Assembly: GCA_040954595.2 (NCBI GenBank)
Contig: CM082578.2
Location: 14,042,304 to 14,106,303 of the forward strand
Source: Balanoglossus misakiensis
Lineage: Eukaryota; Animalia; Hemichordata
Direction: 5' to 3'
DNA length: 64,000 bases
Part shown: positions 1-15,438 of the stretch, piece after piece
How the letters are laid out: each line of letters begins with the position of its first letter
Position numbering within the stretch: position 1 is the stretch's first letter
Notes under the pieces: model-generated
The model's input: the letters and a program-made list of their open reading frames with translations, nothing else
The model's database searches: none
What the model was told of the DNA's origin: nothing
Program-made: the position numbers and the translations under genes

Positions 1-170
1 ACAATCAATGAAATACTTCCACTGGATCAATAAACAAACCTTCAAGTGTATTTTCATAAATGTAGGAATTGAAAACATAGGAACAAAACACTAGAAAAAC
101 TACACAAATAGGGTCTGGCAGCAATCATCAAATGATAACCTCTGCAGTGGTAACTAGTTGCTATTGAGTA

Positions 171-411
171 ATTGGCGGGGAGGTGCCCACGCTTGTTGAT
201 CCACCACCCCCTACAATGTTGTGGTTTAGCCAAGCGTCACTGTTATATAGATTGGCGCGGTACAAAGTGCAGCCCTGTGAGGATTTAATACTTGGTTCTA
301 TTTGCTGTGGGAACAATGTGTATCGTAATTTCTGAACTTCGCATGTGTCGGGCTGACAGATGTGTGCCGGTGGGAGGTACTTCAACCATAAGATAAAAAC
401 CAAGGACAGGT
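171..411 (+). promoter_or_regulatory. Candidate promoter and first non-coding exon, possibly of the GPCR
   Basis: Two ATTGG (inverted CCAAT) boxes at 171 and 251, GC box GGCGGGGAGG at 174-183, locally raised CpG, and donor CAG|gtaata at 409/410. The link to the GPCR is inference. Confidence 0.3.
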
Positions 412-3400
412 AATATGACTCAAACAATTACAATTAGCTACCTGTTGACAGTTTTGTGAAAGGTGCTTAGCAAGCAAACAAGTACTGGCTGCAGTTGCAC
501 CATACATGTGGTTTACAGTCATTGCGTCTATGTGACTGAACAAGATAGACTATTTTGGTAAGTTTTGTGCATTTGTCTTATCTGTGTGGATCTTTAGAAA
601 AGTGGGTCACATTTCTGAGTTTCCACGTACAAACAACCCTTGTGCAATCTTTTCAAATATGTGTAGATTGTAGTTACTTTGTGCTCTTGGGCACAAGAGG
701 CATACCAGTACTATAGTCATTCTTCTCTAAATCGTTCTTCAGTTCTGTATGGTAAATTTCGTTAAAAGGATAAACCCGCAAATTGTGTCTTGACTATACA
801 AAATATGTCAACACCCATGATACTGGCCCAATATGCATAGCAAGAAGCAAGTATAAGTATGTGTTCCCTACAGATCAACTGAAACTTTCTGAATTCCAGT
901 GTAGATCTCCCAGCAATAGTTGAGTAAAACTTTCCTTTTAGCCAAACTGTACACTCAAACATACAAAAAAGAACTTCTTCCATGTGACCGACTACTAAAT
1001 ATAGTCAAGAATTTCTACTAAAGCCACAACATGAGCATGCTTGACAATATCAACAATTCAACCCATCCGGCCAAGGTAATAGTATATGTCATTCATTGTG
1101 TTGTAGACTATCAGTGCATTGGAGTCATGGCCTGGCTATTCAGAAAATAACAGGAAGATTGTGGCGCGAAAATGACAAGTTGGTTCCTCATGTTGCCATT
1201 TCTGCATATATCCTGTGAGTTTAAATGAGGTCCCCTGTGCCTAACCCTGTAAACTATATCTGGGTGTAGGAGGGACAAAGTGGTATTTCCGATGTAGGTT
1301 GCATTGAATTCAGGCATACATGTAGCAATCAGGAGATTGAATTCCAAGTGCCGTCAAGTTGCGTAATACAAAATGGTAGTCCTTTGTAAGTTCTATCCCA
1401 GTTGAGCAAACTTTGATGTATATTTGCGGCGGATACCAACTGTTGCTGGAATTCAGTATGAACCCAAACACATAGCTTTAGACCGCAAGGCAAAACACCA
1501 TAACAATTGCTTTTTGTAGACTACAATGTACATAGCCACTGGTATATTAGCAAAACACTTTGTCACTGCGTCAGTAACTACCAGTATTTGCCACCCAGAT
1601 GATTATTGGATTTAGGTGATGAAATGTTGCATTGGTTCTTGCTTATGATGCTTCAATAAATTACCCTATTCATATAAATTACTTTCTGAAGTCCTTTGAT
1701 CCACATGTGTTATCAGTGGACTGTAGCATAAACTTCCGCGCATCCCAACTTCAGAAGATGAGTTATGACTGACATTGTCACCCCTTTCAATGGGTTTTAC
1801 GCATGTATTGTAACAGTTGAGTCACCACATTGATTCTAACTATTACTATGTAGTTTGACAAGGTTGTAAAAATTCCTATTTATTCTGGTGACATATATCA
1901 AGTCTGAGAAACCATGAAACATCCATTTTATAAGACAAGATAATTTGACAGGACTGAGGTCATCATAGATTAAGCATCAAGTGGTAACACACTCTCATTA
2001 CATTGCAAGGTTGCATAAAGAAATTGGCCTATGTAGTATTAGCACTGGACGATCAATTATTTGAAAGAATTGAATTCCTTAAGTTAACCCATGGAAATAG
2101 CCACAAGGCTGTCTCTGGTATAATGGCAGTTTCATTGGATCAGCATTTCACATTGAAAACTCATACATGTACCTGCTTTACTTGTAAACCATTTAAGCCA
2201 TTTTAAGTAATAGCACTGTTCAGGGGGGTCACAATGAAATGGGCCTTCTATGTTCTGGCCTGTTGATATCTTGAACAGTGACTGAACTGTTCTGGACAAG
2301 AATGGTAGCTCAGTGTTAAACTGCAGAAGTTTTCAAACAGCCTATAGGTAACTGAGAGTTCCAAAGTACAATGTTTTGTTGAGTCTCTTGAATAACCACG
2401 CAGTGTCATTTCCATTGTTTTGCTCATTTCAGACTTAACGAATGCCTCTGTGATCAACTGAGCAAAGATCAACTGCCATTGATCTTTACTTCCAACAAAG
2501 AAGTCCAACAATTGAGTTCACTGGCGGCTTTTCAAGCCGTACACTTGGTTCAAAGAATGCTAATAGAACTATTTTGTGTAATGGGCTTTCATGTGAAAGT
2601 TCTGTATTGATTTCCCTGAGAATTTAGTGGATATTTTATGCATTATGTCAATACAGTGAGGACTGTAATCCCTTAAGCAGTATATGGCGATCAATACTAT
2701 TGATCACCAAACTGTACAAAATTGACCTCCTTTTTTGCCAAATTTAATTTTTGAAATCTTTAAGCAAGAAAATGATAAATTCGTGATGTCTAAAATGTTA
2801 CTGATCTAAATTCTTGTTATAAATATTGACTGCAGAAGGTTGTTTCGGTGCTACTCAAGGTTAGACCATTGCCCTGTTTAGCCCTGACCTGACCTTTTCT
2901 GACCTGACAAGAAGTTCGACATCATTCAGTGGCGGGATAAAGTTGTCCCAGACAACATTGAGTTTCTATATGACACCTAAAACTGAATTCCACCACAGCA
3001 GTGATGATAATATAGCCATGGAGTACTTAGAGGATTACATTCATTTCGGAACCACTATTGAACTCAGTCAGTCAGGCTCTTTTGACATGATCCTGTTAGA
3101 TTGGTGAGAAATTCTTACTTAATCCAGTCTCCAAGCATCAACAGTTGTGGGACACTTTGAAAACAGCCATAACATGTAAATGACTCTTTGTATAAACAAT
3201 CGAAGCTGCAGATAATTAATTGGCTTACATGAACATGTAACACTTAAATGTGTAGTTTAAACAAACATCCATTTAGTTGCCGGTAATTAACACAGTCATG
3301 CTCACAAGCATTTAGAAAAACAAACAAAATTAAAGTAATTAAGTGTACAGTTAGGCCTTAAGAATTTTGAAGAAAATAGACAGTTGTTGTGGTTCCTACT

Positions 3401-6400
3401 TTGACTTAATTTGAAAGTAGTTTAATATTTCAGAATGATATACCTGTACTTACAACATATAGTCACTCCACAGCACACAATGAAATGCACAAGGACTAAG
3501 ACTTCATCAGTGCAATGATCTATAAATCGCTTTGCTAGTGGTCAGAGAAAAGCAGCTAGTACTTCATCCATAGTGATAAAACCTAACCAATAGACAAGCA
3601 AACCATGCCAACTCATTCAATTCCTTTGTCTCTCTCTTTCATTCTCTTTTTTTGCCACAGGCATTTTCCTTTGATATCCTGTTCTAATCTTTGATCCTTC
3701 TCTGTGAGTCCAGCTCTGGGGGATCAGTGGCTAGATTTACATTGCAGTATTTCACTCGTATTATGCAGTCCTCATTCAACACACTGAACATGAAACTGAC
3801 AATCCTATTTTCAGCTGAACCATTCAACCTGTCCACTTTGCTTGAGCTAAAAAGAGTTTGACTTAAATGCTTCCGGTCTTCGTCGTACTGGCCTTCTTGG
3901 AAAGAAGCACACTGGAACAGAGACAGTTGAGTGGTTTATGGCAGAATGGGGCAGAATGCCTTGGACCAAAGGATTGGAAGTCGGAAAACACTCTGCCCTA
4001 GGTGTCGTATTTGTTTAAGTGGTCACTTTCAGAAGTTCAACCCATTGTTAAAAGTAGGTTACTCATGTCTGTATCATGAATGTGTTTAGAAAGCGTTGGT
4101 GGAAGAAAACAATTTGCAAGAACTAGCGTTTCCAGGAAAGTGAAGTCCTTGGTCTTCACTCTATATTTTATCCAGTTTCCAGACTCATTTTCTGTAGGAA
4201 AAGACACCCCAACCCTTGGTAGTCCAGATTTCAAATACAAAGATAGCCTTTGTGTCTGCTACATGTCAGTCAAGACCCTTTGACTATGACTCTGCGGCTA
4301 GACACATGATCTTGCCTTCCTGAATGTAATACAACGTGATATCTTTCTCAGTCAGCATTGTTCCTATACCTGTAATACATGTAAGCTGCTGAGAGCCTGG
4401 AAAGATTTGTATTACTGCAGCCAGGTTGATTGGTTGGTTAATTGAACTGCAAAATACTACAAATCTGTGTTTAGATTTCTGCATAATGAGCCTTGGAATT
4501 TATCAAGATAGCCTGAGGAATTTGACACCTTCAGACACATCAGAAAAGCATCCCCTTCCCTCCAGACTAATCTGGTCCAGTGGGGGATATAAATTCTCAA
4601 TGGCTATTTATCTGTCTGGTCTGATGTTGTGTTGGAATACCTGTTCTAGCCATGTGTTTGTGTCTTACAAGGTCTCTAACCATGTTGGCTTGGATTACTC
4701 TATGAGTAAAACGTGAATTTGTCTGATGAAAGTTGGACAGATTGTGCACAAGTACAAATGCCCTAGAATTACTACCCAGTAGTTTGTATCAACTCTGCAT
4801 ATTATTTTCAATATACAGCCTTGCTGTGTACTATAACTATTTGGCAGAATATCAATATTTAGGGTGATAGTAAGACTGAAGTCAGTGTTTTGTCTTCAAA
4901 AGTACCACCAGTGAATAACAAAATGATTAAATATAACAGCTTCCGGCATCACTTTCTGGCAGACTCTGGGCTCTGGTTGTAAACATCAAGATCATCACCC
5001 AAGCATAACAGGAACTCGTTGCTGCTGGCAATTAAAAAACTTGACACTCTCATTAGTGTTCACACATGGGGCTTTCTGTCAAGTTTGATAGTGAATTAGA
5101 GTAGTAAATTTCCACTTAATTCTCAATCACCTTTGTGACATCTCTAATGATTGATGGACTAAAATTCAGTCAACGATGGTTCATTTCCTAGTCTTCTCAT
5201 TAAGTTCCATATTAGACTTGCCATATCCCTAAGGATTTGATCTTGTCATGAACTTGTAATATAAACCTTAAACTTTGAAGTGATACTACAGGGAACATGT
5301 ATATACATATAGGGTTTATGATAGTTGAAAATTAATCACTCCTAGTATTAGTCTTGGTATCCGCTGTTGGAGCAATGCTGTGTACATCAGTGTCTAGTAC
5401 AGTATGTCAGGATTGCAGATTATCCTTTTTAGCCTAAGGCCCTAATTAGTCATAATACAATCATGGCCTTAATTGCTTCGGGTCAGAAGCATGTCAAATA
5501 CTTGCAACACTATAAACATGGATCTAAAATTATGATAACATGCATATAGACTGTGCTACATGGAGGGATTCCTGTCAGCTACCATGCCATGGCTTCATTA
5601 ATCCTGTGACTCGGGCCCAGCTGGTGTCATAAGATTCAATTTTCTGTCGGAGTATGAAGTCTGCAGTGCTCTTGTAAGGACTCTCTCAAGATAATCCAGG
5701 ATTTTGTTCTGGTATAAAGTCAGCTTAGGAAGAGTATAGAGCTGAGAGATGCATATATACAAGTACATACTGCACATGAATGAATGGGATGGATATCATT
5801 CACTATACTCTGCATGTGTACAAAAGAGCTGTTTTTAGACTGTCTGACATGCAATTTAACACAGCGTGTTATGTTTTGTTGCATCTGGGGAAGGAAATTC
5901 CATGGGTCACAGGTAGAGCCACAACAAAAATATGAATAATTTATCCTTAATATAATATTGAAGAAGCACATACCGCTAACCATTTTATGTTTAAAACAAT
6001 TTTCTTCATATGAGCAGCATACAATCTGATTATTAATATACCAAATTTCAAGTAAATGGAATGGAGACATGTCTCCCATAGATAGAATATTACATGGATC
6101 TTGAAAAGCACGACTAAAGTCAATTAAATTCAAGTTTTGTTCAAAGTGATTTGTCATGGGAGTTCTGGCACCAATCAGTTTGCAGCAGAGCAAGGTTAAG
6201 AATTTAAGGGTCAGCGTGTTGTGTGATCAGAATGACAAAACGTCATAACTAATCTGCATCCCTAGATTTGACATGAATATTTCTGAGGCAGCTCCGCACA
6301 TTTGCGTTTGCGTTTGCCAGACCATGGAAATGCAAACTATATACTAGGCTAACTTTCACCAGTACTTGCAGAAAGTGAACAGAAACTGGCTGAATAAATT

Positions 6401-9400
6401 GGAGTGTAACTTTCCTTTATCACTTGTGAGACATAAAACAGAAAAGATCCCAGTGAGGCCTTAAGACGCACGTTATTTATTTTATCGGCTTCATAAAAGT
6501 CATTCCATCCAGATGATTTATTTCTGTCCACTTTTGATAGGCTTATCCTCTGCATCTATTTTGGGAATTGACAAATAGTAATTCACAGGAAGAAAATTAG
6601 ACTTAAAATTACATGTTAGTCACTATCCAGGAAAAAAATTTCATATAGGACAAGTAGAATGTTTTAGATCATGAAAAGTTACGCCATACTTACAAGGTAA
6701 GAAAAATTACACTATCAATGTTATTATGGAAAGCAATATAACAGTATATTAATGACTACCGGTGTTTGATTTGTAATTTTACTCGTACATTTCCCGAACA
6801 GTAAAACATCCTGGTGCAGTAAATTTCCATGGAAGTAATGCATGGTAATAATTGGCTTAAGATTGTGGTTTGTGTGATGTTAATTTCCAATCATTGGAGT
6901 TACTACTAAAAGTAATGATACTCTTCTCAACTCTTTCCAAGTAAAGTACAACTGACAGCACATATCCACTGGGATTTCCTGATCTGATTTCTTGCTCTGC
7001 TACAAGTTGATATTGTCTTTAATTATTGCCTTCCTGGCCAACTGCCATGTGAGTTGATCTGTCAAATTGACTTGTTAAATCCTAACTTCAATTAAAATCT
7101 TTATATTAGTGTAATTATGCTAATGTCTCAGTTCAGTCCACGTCTACTTTTGTAAAAACAATACTTCTACTTCTACAGCTGTGAAATAGAACAAAGCAGG
7201 TCATATTACATAAAATTTACATGCATGTTATGAATATTAATTTTCTCTGATTAACATTCTAAATAATTGAGCAAATTGATAGTTACAACACCATGAATGC
7301 ACGCACCCACGTAGTCACATGTTAGATAATATTATCACTTTGAATATTAATGAGGAAATTATTTAGTATATATACATGTAGATCTTAGTTCCACCCCAAG
7401 TTAAAGGACAGTTTGAGTGGAATGACTTCCGGTGTTTTGAGATCAAATATACATAGTTGGTGCTTAGATTTGACACTTGATAGAAATGATACCATGGTAG
7501 AAGGGTGAGTACAACTCTTGATAGTTTGATAAAACTCAATTTTTTTTGCTGACATCCTATGTGATGCCAGTTGTGGAAATTGATCCTTACACAAGTTTAC
7601 AACTGTGTATATGTGTGTGTGCATGCATTCAATTACCGGTAACAGGCAACTAACTGGGGTGCAATAGATCAAGGTGCATAATAAATATCCAAAAGCTAAT
7701 GTTGTAGGCAGTGTATGAGGATCAAGGTCAATTTTACGAATGAAGAATGAAGAAGAACAGATCACCACCAAGGGCAGATTTCTCAACTTCCATGTATGCT
7801 GAGCTCACATAATACTTTTCCCAGAATGAAAACTATGATCACAGAAAATTTGCCTGCAAAAATGTGCATTGAATAAAGATTTAGGAGAAATAGTATCTTA
7901 TAGATATCTGATATATGTCAATAAGCACTGTGGTCCAGATACCATCATTTTCAGCCAGATAACAGCAATCAATCATGTAATATACAAACAAAAAGTACAG
8001 GTACATGTACATACTGTATGTGTGGTAAACCCTGGAACGCAGCTGAAAACACATACTATTACGAATGTGGCACACTGCTGATGGAAACACATGTAAACTT
8101 AGTGAAGCAGCCAGTCTGTCTGCATGTTACGATGGATCATTGATTTATATCGATGGACAGACCCAGATTGGTGTTTAATTGAATCACACTTAGATCAGCA
8201 ATCACAGCCACTGATCTGGTGACATCACTCTTACTGTCAATAGATTTTTTTAAGCCTCAAATTCTTGAAATACCAATGTTGCCATCTTTTCTGTTTTCAT
8301 TTCAACTTGATTATATTCTGATTGACATGCATTTTAATAACATTCTAAGATTTGCTCAGTTTTAGATATCAGGATGCAATGTAATTCAACTATAGTGCTG
8401 GAAAAATCAATTTTTGGTGAGTTTCCCATTGGTAGAAGTACGCTACATATATCATGTATCATGAGAGGTGTTTAATTCTCAAAATGTGCAAGCAAGGTTT
8501 GTGTGGTAAGCTCTGTACAGATTTAGTATTTGGGGTAATTAGAGTTAAAGTCCAGGAGAACACGTAACACAGTAATGAAATTTCAGATAAACCTGTTTTT
8601 TATGGGAATACGTGCGTGTTTTGCTTGCAGCTATTAGTGGTACGTAACATTCATCACCCGTTTCTAAGGAGCAGCTCTCTAAGTGCGAGTATAGTCATTT
8701 GCATTGGTTGATTTCTCAAGTGATAATCAAACCGAATAAAGTTTAAGTATTTCAGCGCTAAGAGTTATAAGATGTTAGAAGCAAGGAACAGAATACAAAT
8801 GTACGCCCAAGTAAGAAACCAGATTTTTCTCTCCCCCAATAAGTTGAGTATATACGAGAGTTGTACACCTAGAAATACACAAAGATAAGATGCTCAAAAC
8901 TACATTATTAGCATTTCAAATTGGTCAAGAGTCTGTAAACTTTTTTTTTTCAATTATTTATACTATTGGTCATTGATATTCCAATCTACACTGTTATTTG
9001 TCAGGTCATTACTCGTGGACTATCTTATCTTAGAATTCATTCCTCTTGTCCTCTTCCATCTGGTGTTGTTCAGAAATAAATTTTATCTCTCAAAATAATC
9101 AGAGGTTCTCATAGATGAGGTTGACCACAACGCTGCATGCATGCATATTGATTTGATACTAATGGACTTAAGTATCTAATTATAGTGAATTTCATTATGC
9201 AGATCTTCACAAGTTACTAGCTGCTATAAAACACTAATTAATGCACTGGTGTGTCTTGCCCGATGCAGACAATCATACATTCAAAGTATTGCATGTAGGT
9301 CAGCAGATAACTTTTGTCAAGTGTTTGTACTGGGGGGAGGGAACAAAATATAAAATTTATTTTTGGTACATTTGGATGCACTTTATGGCCGGGCTAAATG

Positions 9401-11389
9401 CCAAGTGAGTATATTGACTAGGCTGGGCGAGTTGTACATACTGGTACATGTACAATACATAAATACTTTACCAGCACAAACAAAGAACCATGTGCCACGA
9501 TATGCTTTATTGCTGATGGTTGACCACTTGTTTATTGCCTATTTATTCGACCATATCTTCTCGGTGAGTTTCATGCATTGTCACAGTTGACTGAAGCTGA
9601 TCAAGCAACTCTATCTGACCACAAGACCGTGAATTCCACAATAATACCTGCATGACTCTGTTCATTGAATCTGTCTATACATATGCATGCATGTGTACAT
9701 TTTATATGTATACTTCCACAATCTGTATTTCATGATCTGGTAGAATTCTTTATTTAGATTTTGGCTTGTCAAGTGTCTTGGCTTTTGAGACAGCCTATAC
9801 TTGTATGTATGCGTGTTGATCAGCCTTGGCAACGTGTGGTGGGTGGGCCGCAGTGGCGGTAATTTATTGAATGATTTACAGCGGTGACGCTTTTTTACAT
9901 ACGAGGCTTACAAGCTTAATACATGTAAATATGCACGTGTACAAGATTGTGTCATTCCACTTGTTTCCTCACATTCGCCAAAAACAAGAACTGAACTCTG
10001 GTCCACTTTAAGTGCATATAAGCAGTAAGGCGAGGGGAGCCACATTAATGGGTATGTATAACTATAAAAGATCATGCACTGACTATCTAAAGCGGCACCT
10101 GCTGCGGCTAGCACAATAGCTGTTTGAATACATTTCAAGGAGGTAAACATTTGAGTATATGTTAGTATGTACAGTCCTGTATTGCATAGCAGTTATTAGT
10201 ATCACCATCATCTCTGTATAATGAGGTGTAATCCAGTTGTAGTAATGAGCAAAAAGTCTTTAATTCTGTATTACACAATTATACAATTGTAGCATTACTT
10301 CCATGTTTTGCTGATTATGACTGCATATGTACCGTAAGTCAAGTGAGAACAAGATAATAAGTGGGTGCTGCACTCAAATATGGACGCCTTTATGCAAATA
10401 CATATGTATGCAAAAGAAAGTATGGGCATGGTGCATATAAACCACGGTATCACATGGAACTGAATATCCTGCACTGTCAAAGTCCATTATGTTTTGTTTT
10501 GTTTATAACTTAATAAATGTGACAATTAAGTTTTTGGAAATGGCAGGAACTGAAAGCTATTTAATTTCTAAATTTCTTGCCCATTCTCTCATATAATGTG
10601 GTAACATAAACATTATGAAAGTGGTTATAACATAAACATTAAAGCAGTATTTAAAGAATTGGATGATGTTTTGAGATCAATTAACAAACGTTAGACCTTC
10701 AGAGAGTTTCAGCTTATGGGCTTAAGTCATGTTTTCACTTTTTGTGGTCGGAAATTTGAGACAAGTTTGTTCCATGCAAAATTTTATTGGTTGTGCAGTT
10801 GATACATGTAGGGTCATAGGTCAAAGTTCAATGACCACAACGCAGTCAAACATTCTTGACACCATGGGACCAACCCACTAAAAAATACATTTACCATGTC
10901 AAATTATACATGTAGCTTTGAATGAAACAAATGAGCTTTGATCCAATGAACTTTATCAATATCACTTCCACTGACAACTAGGAGAAGGAAACACAAGATG
11001 ATTATCCCTTTAATGTTTATTAGCAAGTCTGAAAATAATCGGTACGTACAAATTAACTCTGTTTTGATGCTTTCTATACTTTGCTGTGAAGTCAAACAGG
11101 AAAGCGACTTTGTTGTGTGTAATGCAATTGATATGTATACAAGATGAAAATGACATCTGTGAATTACATAATTTATGAAAAGTTTACCGCTGCTGGGGAT
11201 AAAGCACATTGATGGAAAGGTGAAGAGTTTAACTAGTAGAATTAATGATATAGTTATTTGCCCTTCAGTGAAAGTTGTAAGGTTGCTAGGAAAATAAGGA
11301 AAATGTCATTTGAGAAAAAAATTTAAGGACACTAATTTTTCAATTTATGATGGTAATATTTGTGATAAATGCCATGGTAACTGTATGAG

Positions 11390-11660
11390 CATGTTGAGTT
11401 GCTCATGAATTTTGGTGTTCAAGTACATTTAAAAGAAAAGGGAGCATATGGTGAAAAATGCAATGTTGGCTAAAACGGAATAATGAAGCAATGTGGAAAA
11501 AATGTGGCTTCCTTTTAATTTCTTCCTTTTAATTTCTTCAAGCTGCAGTGATTAAGTGAAAAAAAATGCTCGATGTGCACTTGAATATATAACACAATTT
11601 ATCCGCTATTAAAATGTACTTGAACAGTGAAATGGAGAAGGTTATAATATCTCAGCATGT
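11390..11660. mobile_element. Decayed inverted-repeat (MITE-like) element
   Basis: Perfect 15-bp inverted repeat TGTTCAAGTACATTT (11416-11430) / AAATGTACTTGAACA (11612-11626). Outer partial match CATGTTGAG / CTCAGCATG. Confidence 0.4.
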
Positions 11661-14600
11661 CTACATTATTATTATATATGCTACCACGTAGTGAATATAG
11701 TTTGTCAAGTTATTGGCAGACCGCTGTTTATATTTGTAAGGACAACTTGAACCCAACAGCTCTGATGGGTGTGACAAGGCTATAGTGTAGCCATGATGGA
11801 TGTGTCAGATTTCCACCAAGTTTGATGATAGCCTAGCCGGTGCATTGCAGATTCGACTATCAGTGTTTAATTATACTTGAAAGGTGTGGTAGCTAAGCGT
11901 AGACATTACTGTCTTTTATGGCTTGTGAACCACATTAAAAATAAAAATAAATGGCATATACTAGTACTTTGATTGTACATCCTTGTCTTCATGATGAAGG
12001 ACATGTTATATTCATCTTTTCGTTAAAACTCTCTCTTTTTCAAAAGAATTATTAACTCTGCTATTTATATACATGTCAGTTACAAATAGTTCATTAGTAG
12101 TATCGGTAGGGGTTAACCTTCCATTTTTAACTGTAAACGATACGGAGAGGAAGCAGGAAACTCTGGAAGGAAATTTCGCTTCATCCTTTATCAGCAAAAT
12201 CAAGGTCATGTGGAAAAATATAATTGTATCTGTCAGTACAAGGCCGTATGGGATTTTCTCTCCTGTGTCTAATATTTTGAAAAATGTTCCCAAGAGAGTC
12301 AAAGATCACAATCGTGGTGGGAGGTTAATTTTTCTGTGTTCTTCTAGTGATCATTCAATGATAGCACAGCCGGAGGTAAAATGTCTGGGAATCTAGACAG
12401 CTAGAAGGTACAGTCACTTTTAATTCAAACTACTCTGCAGCTTGTTATTAATTCTAATATGAGCCACAGGATGACGGCAAAGTAGGATATAGTTTTTCTT
12501 TTCCTGCCATTCATGTATCACAGAGGCATGAAGAGTTGCCAGTCTCGGAGGGAATTGGCCAAATGAGTGAAATTACAATATGCTGTGTTGCTATGGTGAT
12601 TATAGAAGCCATGAAAACTGACCGTTGTCAGTTTGAAGTGGAATGATAGATAACACCATCTGAGTCAAACAAGCACTCTGCACGAAGAAACTATGGGCTG
12701 CAAAGTGAGGTAATGCAAATGTGTATAAGTAGAGGTTTCAAAAGGTTCCTATTACAATGTGCAGTGGTTGCAAAGGAGATTACTAAACCTATGGGGGAAA
12801 GCACAGTTTCTTTTGAGTTTCCTATCAAAGTGCAGCTATTTTTTATAAAGACCACATGAATCAACATGCACCATTTTGACAGTGGTTGTTGTTTTGGAGA
12901 GGTTTGCTAATCTTAAGAAAATGTCTTCAGGTTTGATAATCTTGATAAAAAGACTAAAAAAATAGTCGTGTATTGGAAATTGTAAATATCATCTGTAAAA
13001 AATTATTTTCATAAACAAAGAACTCATCCACCGTCTTGATATGGTTGGTAAACATCAGATCACAAGTCAGTGGCAATAATTCTATATTTAGATTTTACAA
13101 CCGAAAAATCCTTCATAAATATGGTGGGGACACCAATTGCAATAAAAATTCTTGAATTTAAATTAATATTCGTCAACATGAAATATATTTAATGCATATT
13201 CTTGAGTAAAAGCAAGGACTGGTCAGGTTTTTAAATTTGATTGCCTGAAATCTGACATTCAAATTAGGTTTTTGGCATAAATTTATGACTTGCAGTTTAT
13301 CTGTGCCCCTGGTCCATCATAGTCCGCCTGCACGGGTTCTAGGCTTGACCACACCTTGGCGTGCGAAGATGCTGGTCTTAGTGTTACCCGGTCTCTATCT
13401 CTCTCTCGATCTCTGTAAATCTACTCAAACAGTTTTTTACATAACTGCATTTCTACTCTACAGTTTGTTGTGAGCACATTCATTCCTTTGGTGAGTACAT
13501 TGAATTGCTACAATGATCTATAAATCAGTTGCCGTTCAGTTATTCATGTATTATTTATGAAACACCAAGCTTGATGTTGAACTGTGTCAGGGCCTTTTTA
13601 TGAAGCATATATTATTCTCATTTTGTCCCACTTCTGCCAAATGAGTCTCACTTCATGCTGGTAGACAAGGTTTATGTAGGTTTCAACGCATGCTGTTCTC
13701 AAGTACAGATACTGTATGTAAATGTATATTTCAAGGCATATCATCAATTTAAGTATTTTCACATTAATTTCAAACTAACAGGTTCTTTTCCATTCGTTTT
13801 GTAATGGACTGCCACCAGTATACAAATTTTATGTTCAATTCACACTACTGCCATCGCGAATATCTCACTGCAGCATTAAAAAAATCCATTCCTGGCTATC
13901 TTAATCAGAAGTTCAAACATTCCATAAATTCATCCACAAAGAGTGGCTACAGTCATGTACCAGTTCTTCAGGTTAAATCCCACCAGATTTTTTGTTGTGG
14001 TTTTGTTGGAGGAGGGAAGATATTGAGTTGGTTGCCATGGTCACAGAAGTTTCAGGAGAGTTTTTGTGACGAGTAAAAACTCATCTCCCTTGACAAAAAA
14101 ATTCTGCCAGCATGATTTTCAGAATGTCAAGATTTATGTCCAACATGGTACCATTTTAAATCATAGTTCGATGGCATCAATTCTTTTATTCAATAAAAGT
14201 GATCGATAGCATAGTATCAGTCATTCTATTCTCAGTCTTGAATCTATGAAATTTGTATTGCCATAAGATAAATGACCGATGCATTATATGTGCAAATCTG
14301 TTCGTGTTTGTTTTTCTGTGGTGTCAGGATGATCATGGCTGTGATAAATCAGTCGGTATTACAAAAGTTGACAAGTCAAAGCGCATTGCAGTGGCTTTTG
14401 GACTTTTCCATACCGACTCAACTGGTACATGCAATGTGGTTGTACGGTACAGACAGCGAAGCTCTTAATATTTGATCATGGATTTTCCACCATATGTTGT
14501 GTACACTTTGCATATCTGTGTGCCACGGGGTAACTTATTAGCAGCTATAGTCTGTCGGTGAGGCCATTCAATGCAAAACCACCGAAGCCATACAAAGTAC

Positions 14601-15438
14601 TCTTGTTACAAGAACCTTTAATAGACTCTAATACCCAGTAGTCACATCCAGACAACAAGCACTGCTGATATGTAAATACCAACTGATGAGAAGTGTCAAC
14701 TACTTCAGACTTGACTGGCATGCATCCAACATAGTATGCAATCATACCGGGAGCTATAGTCAGTTCAATAGTACTGACTCAGAGTCAGCTTAATACTGAT
14801 CATGGTGGAGGTTTATATTTATGCCAAAACATATGCATAATTTAAATGTCTATTAATATGACTGATTCTGGTTAAAATGATGTGGGGGAAATGTAAACTA
14901 CCAGGACATAGATAATGTATGTTGAAATATTTGCATACAGATGAAACACTTTGCCCAGATACAATTGTACCATTATAGAGACAGCGGCAAATTTTATGTA
15001 TTCTAATCGTGGGATGGGATTGATGACAGTAATTTCCACTGATGAATTCCCACCAACATCAATTGAAATTTACGATCAATTTATTGTGTTTTACAGTGTA
15101 TTACACATTTACAATAATTGATACAACACACTGAGAAGATGTGACGCTTCTTACCGCTTGACACATTTTTTCCCGTGCCCAGGCTGCCCTGAATCTATTA
15201 AAAGCCACATATACAGGTGGTTCCAGCTTCACAGTAACCCACTTTCAAGTATGAGAGTTTGAATCAGGACATTCGAATTTGTTGCTGGTTATAATATTTC
15301 AAACAGAGATTCATCGCTCCCATAAATTATTTTTCTATTTTTCTCGTGATTATTAATTTTTTTTTTCTCATTTTTTTTCCAGAGTAAGAGAAGTATGATC
15401 ACATATAGGCAGTCATCGATACAAATACAAAACTCATA

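Noticed and set aside
5720-6193. 157-aa minus-strand ORF
   Set aside because: Non-ATG start, no recognisable domain and no EDEM1 similarity; likely chance.
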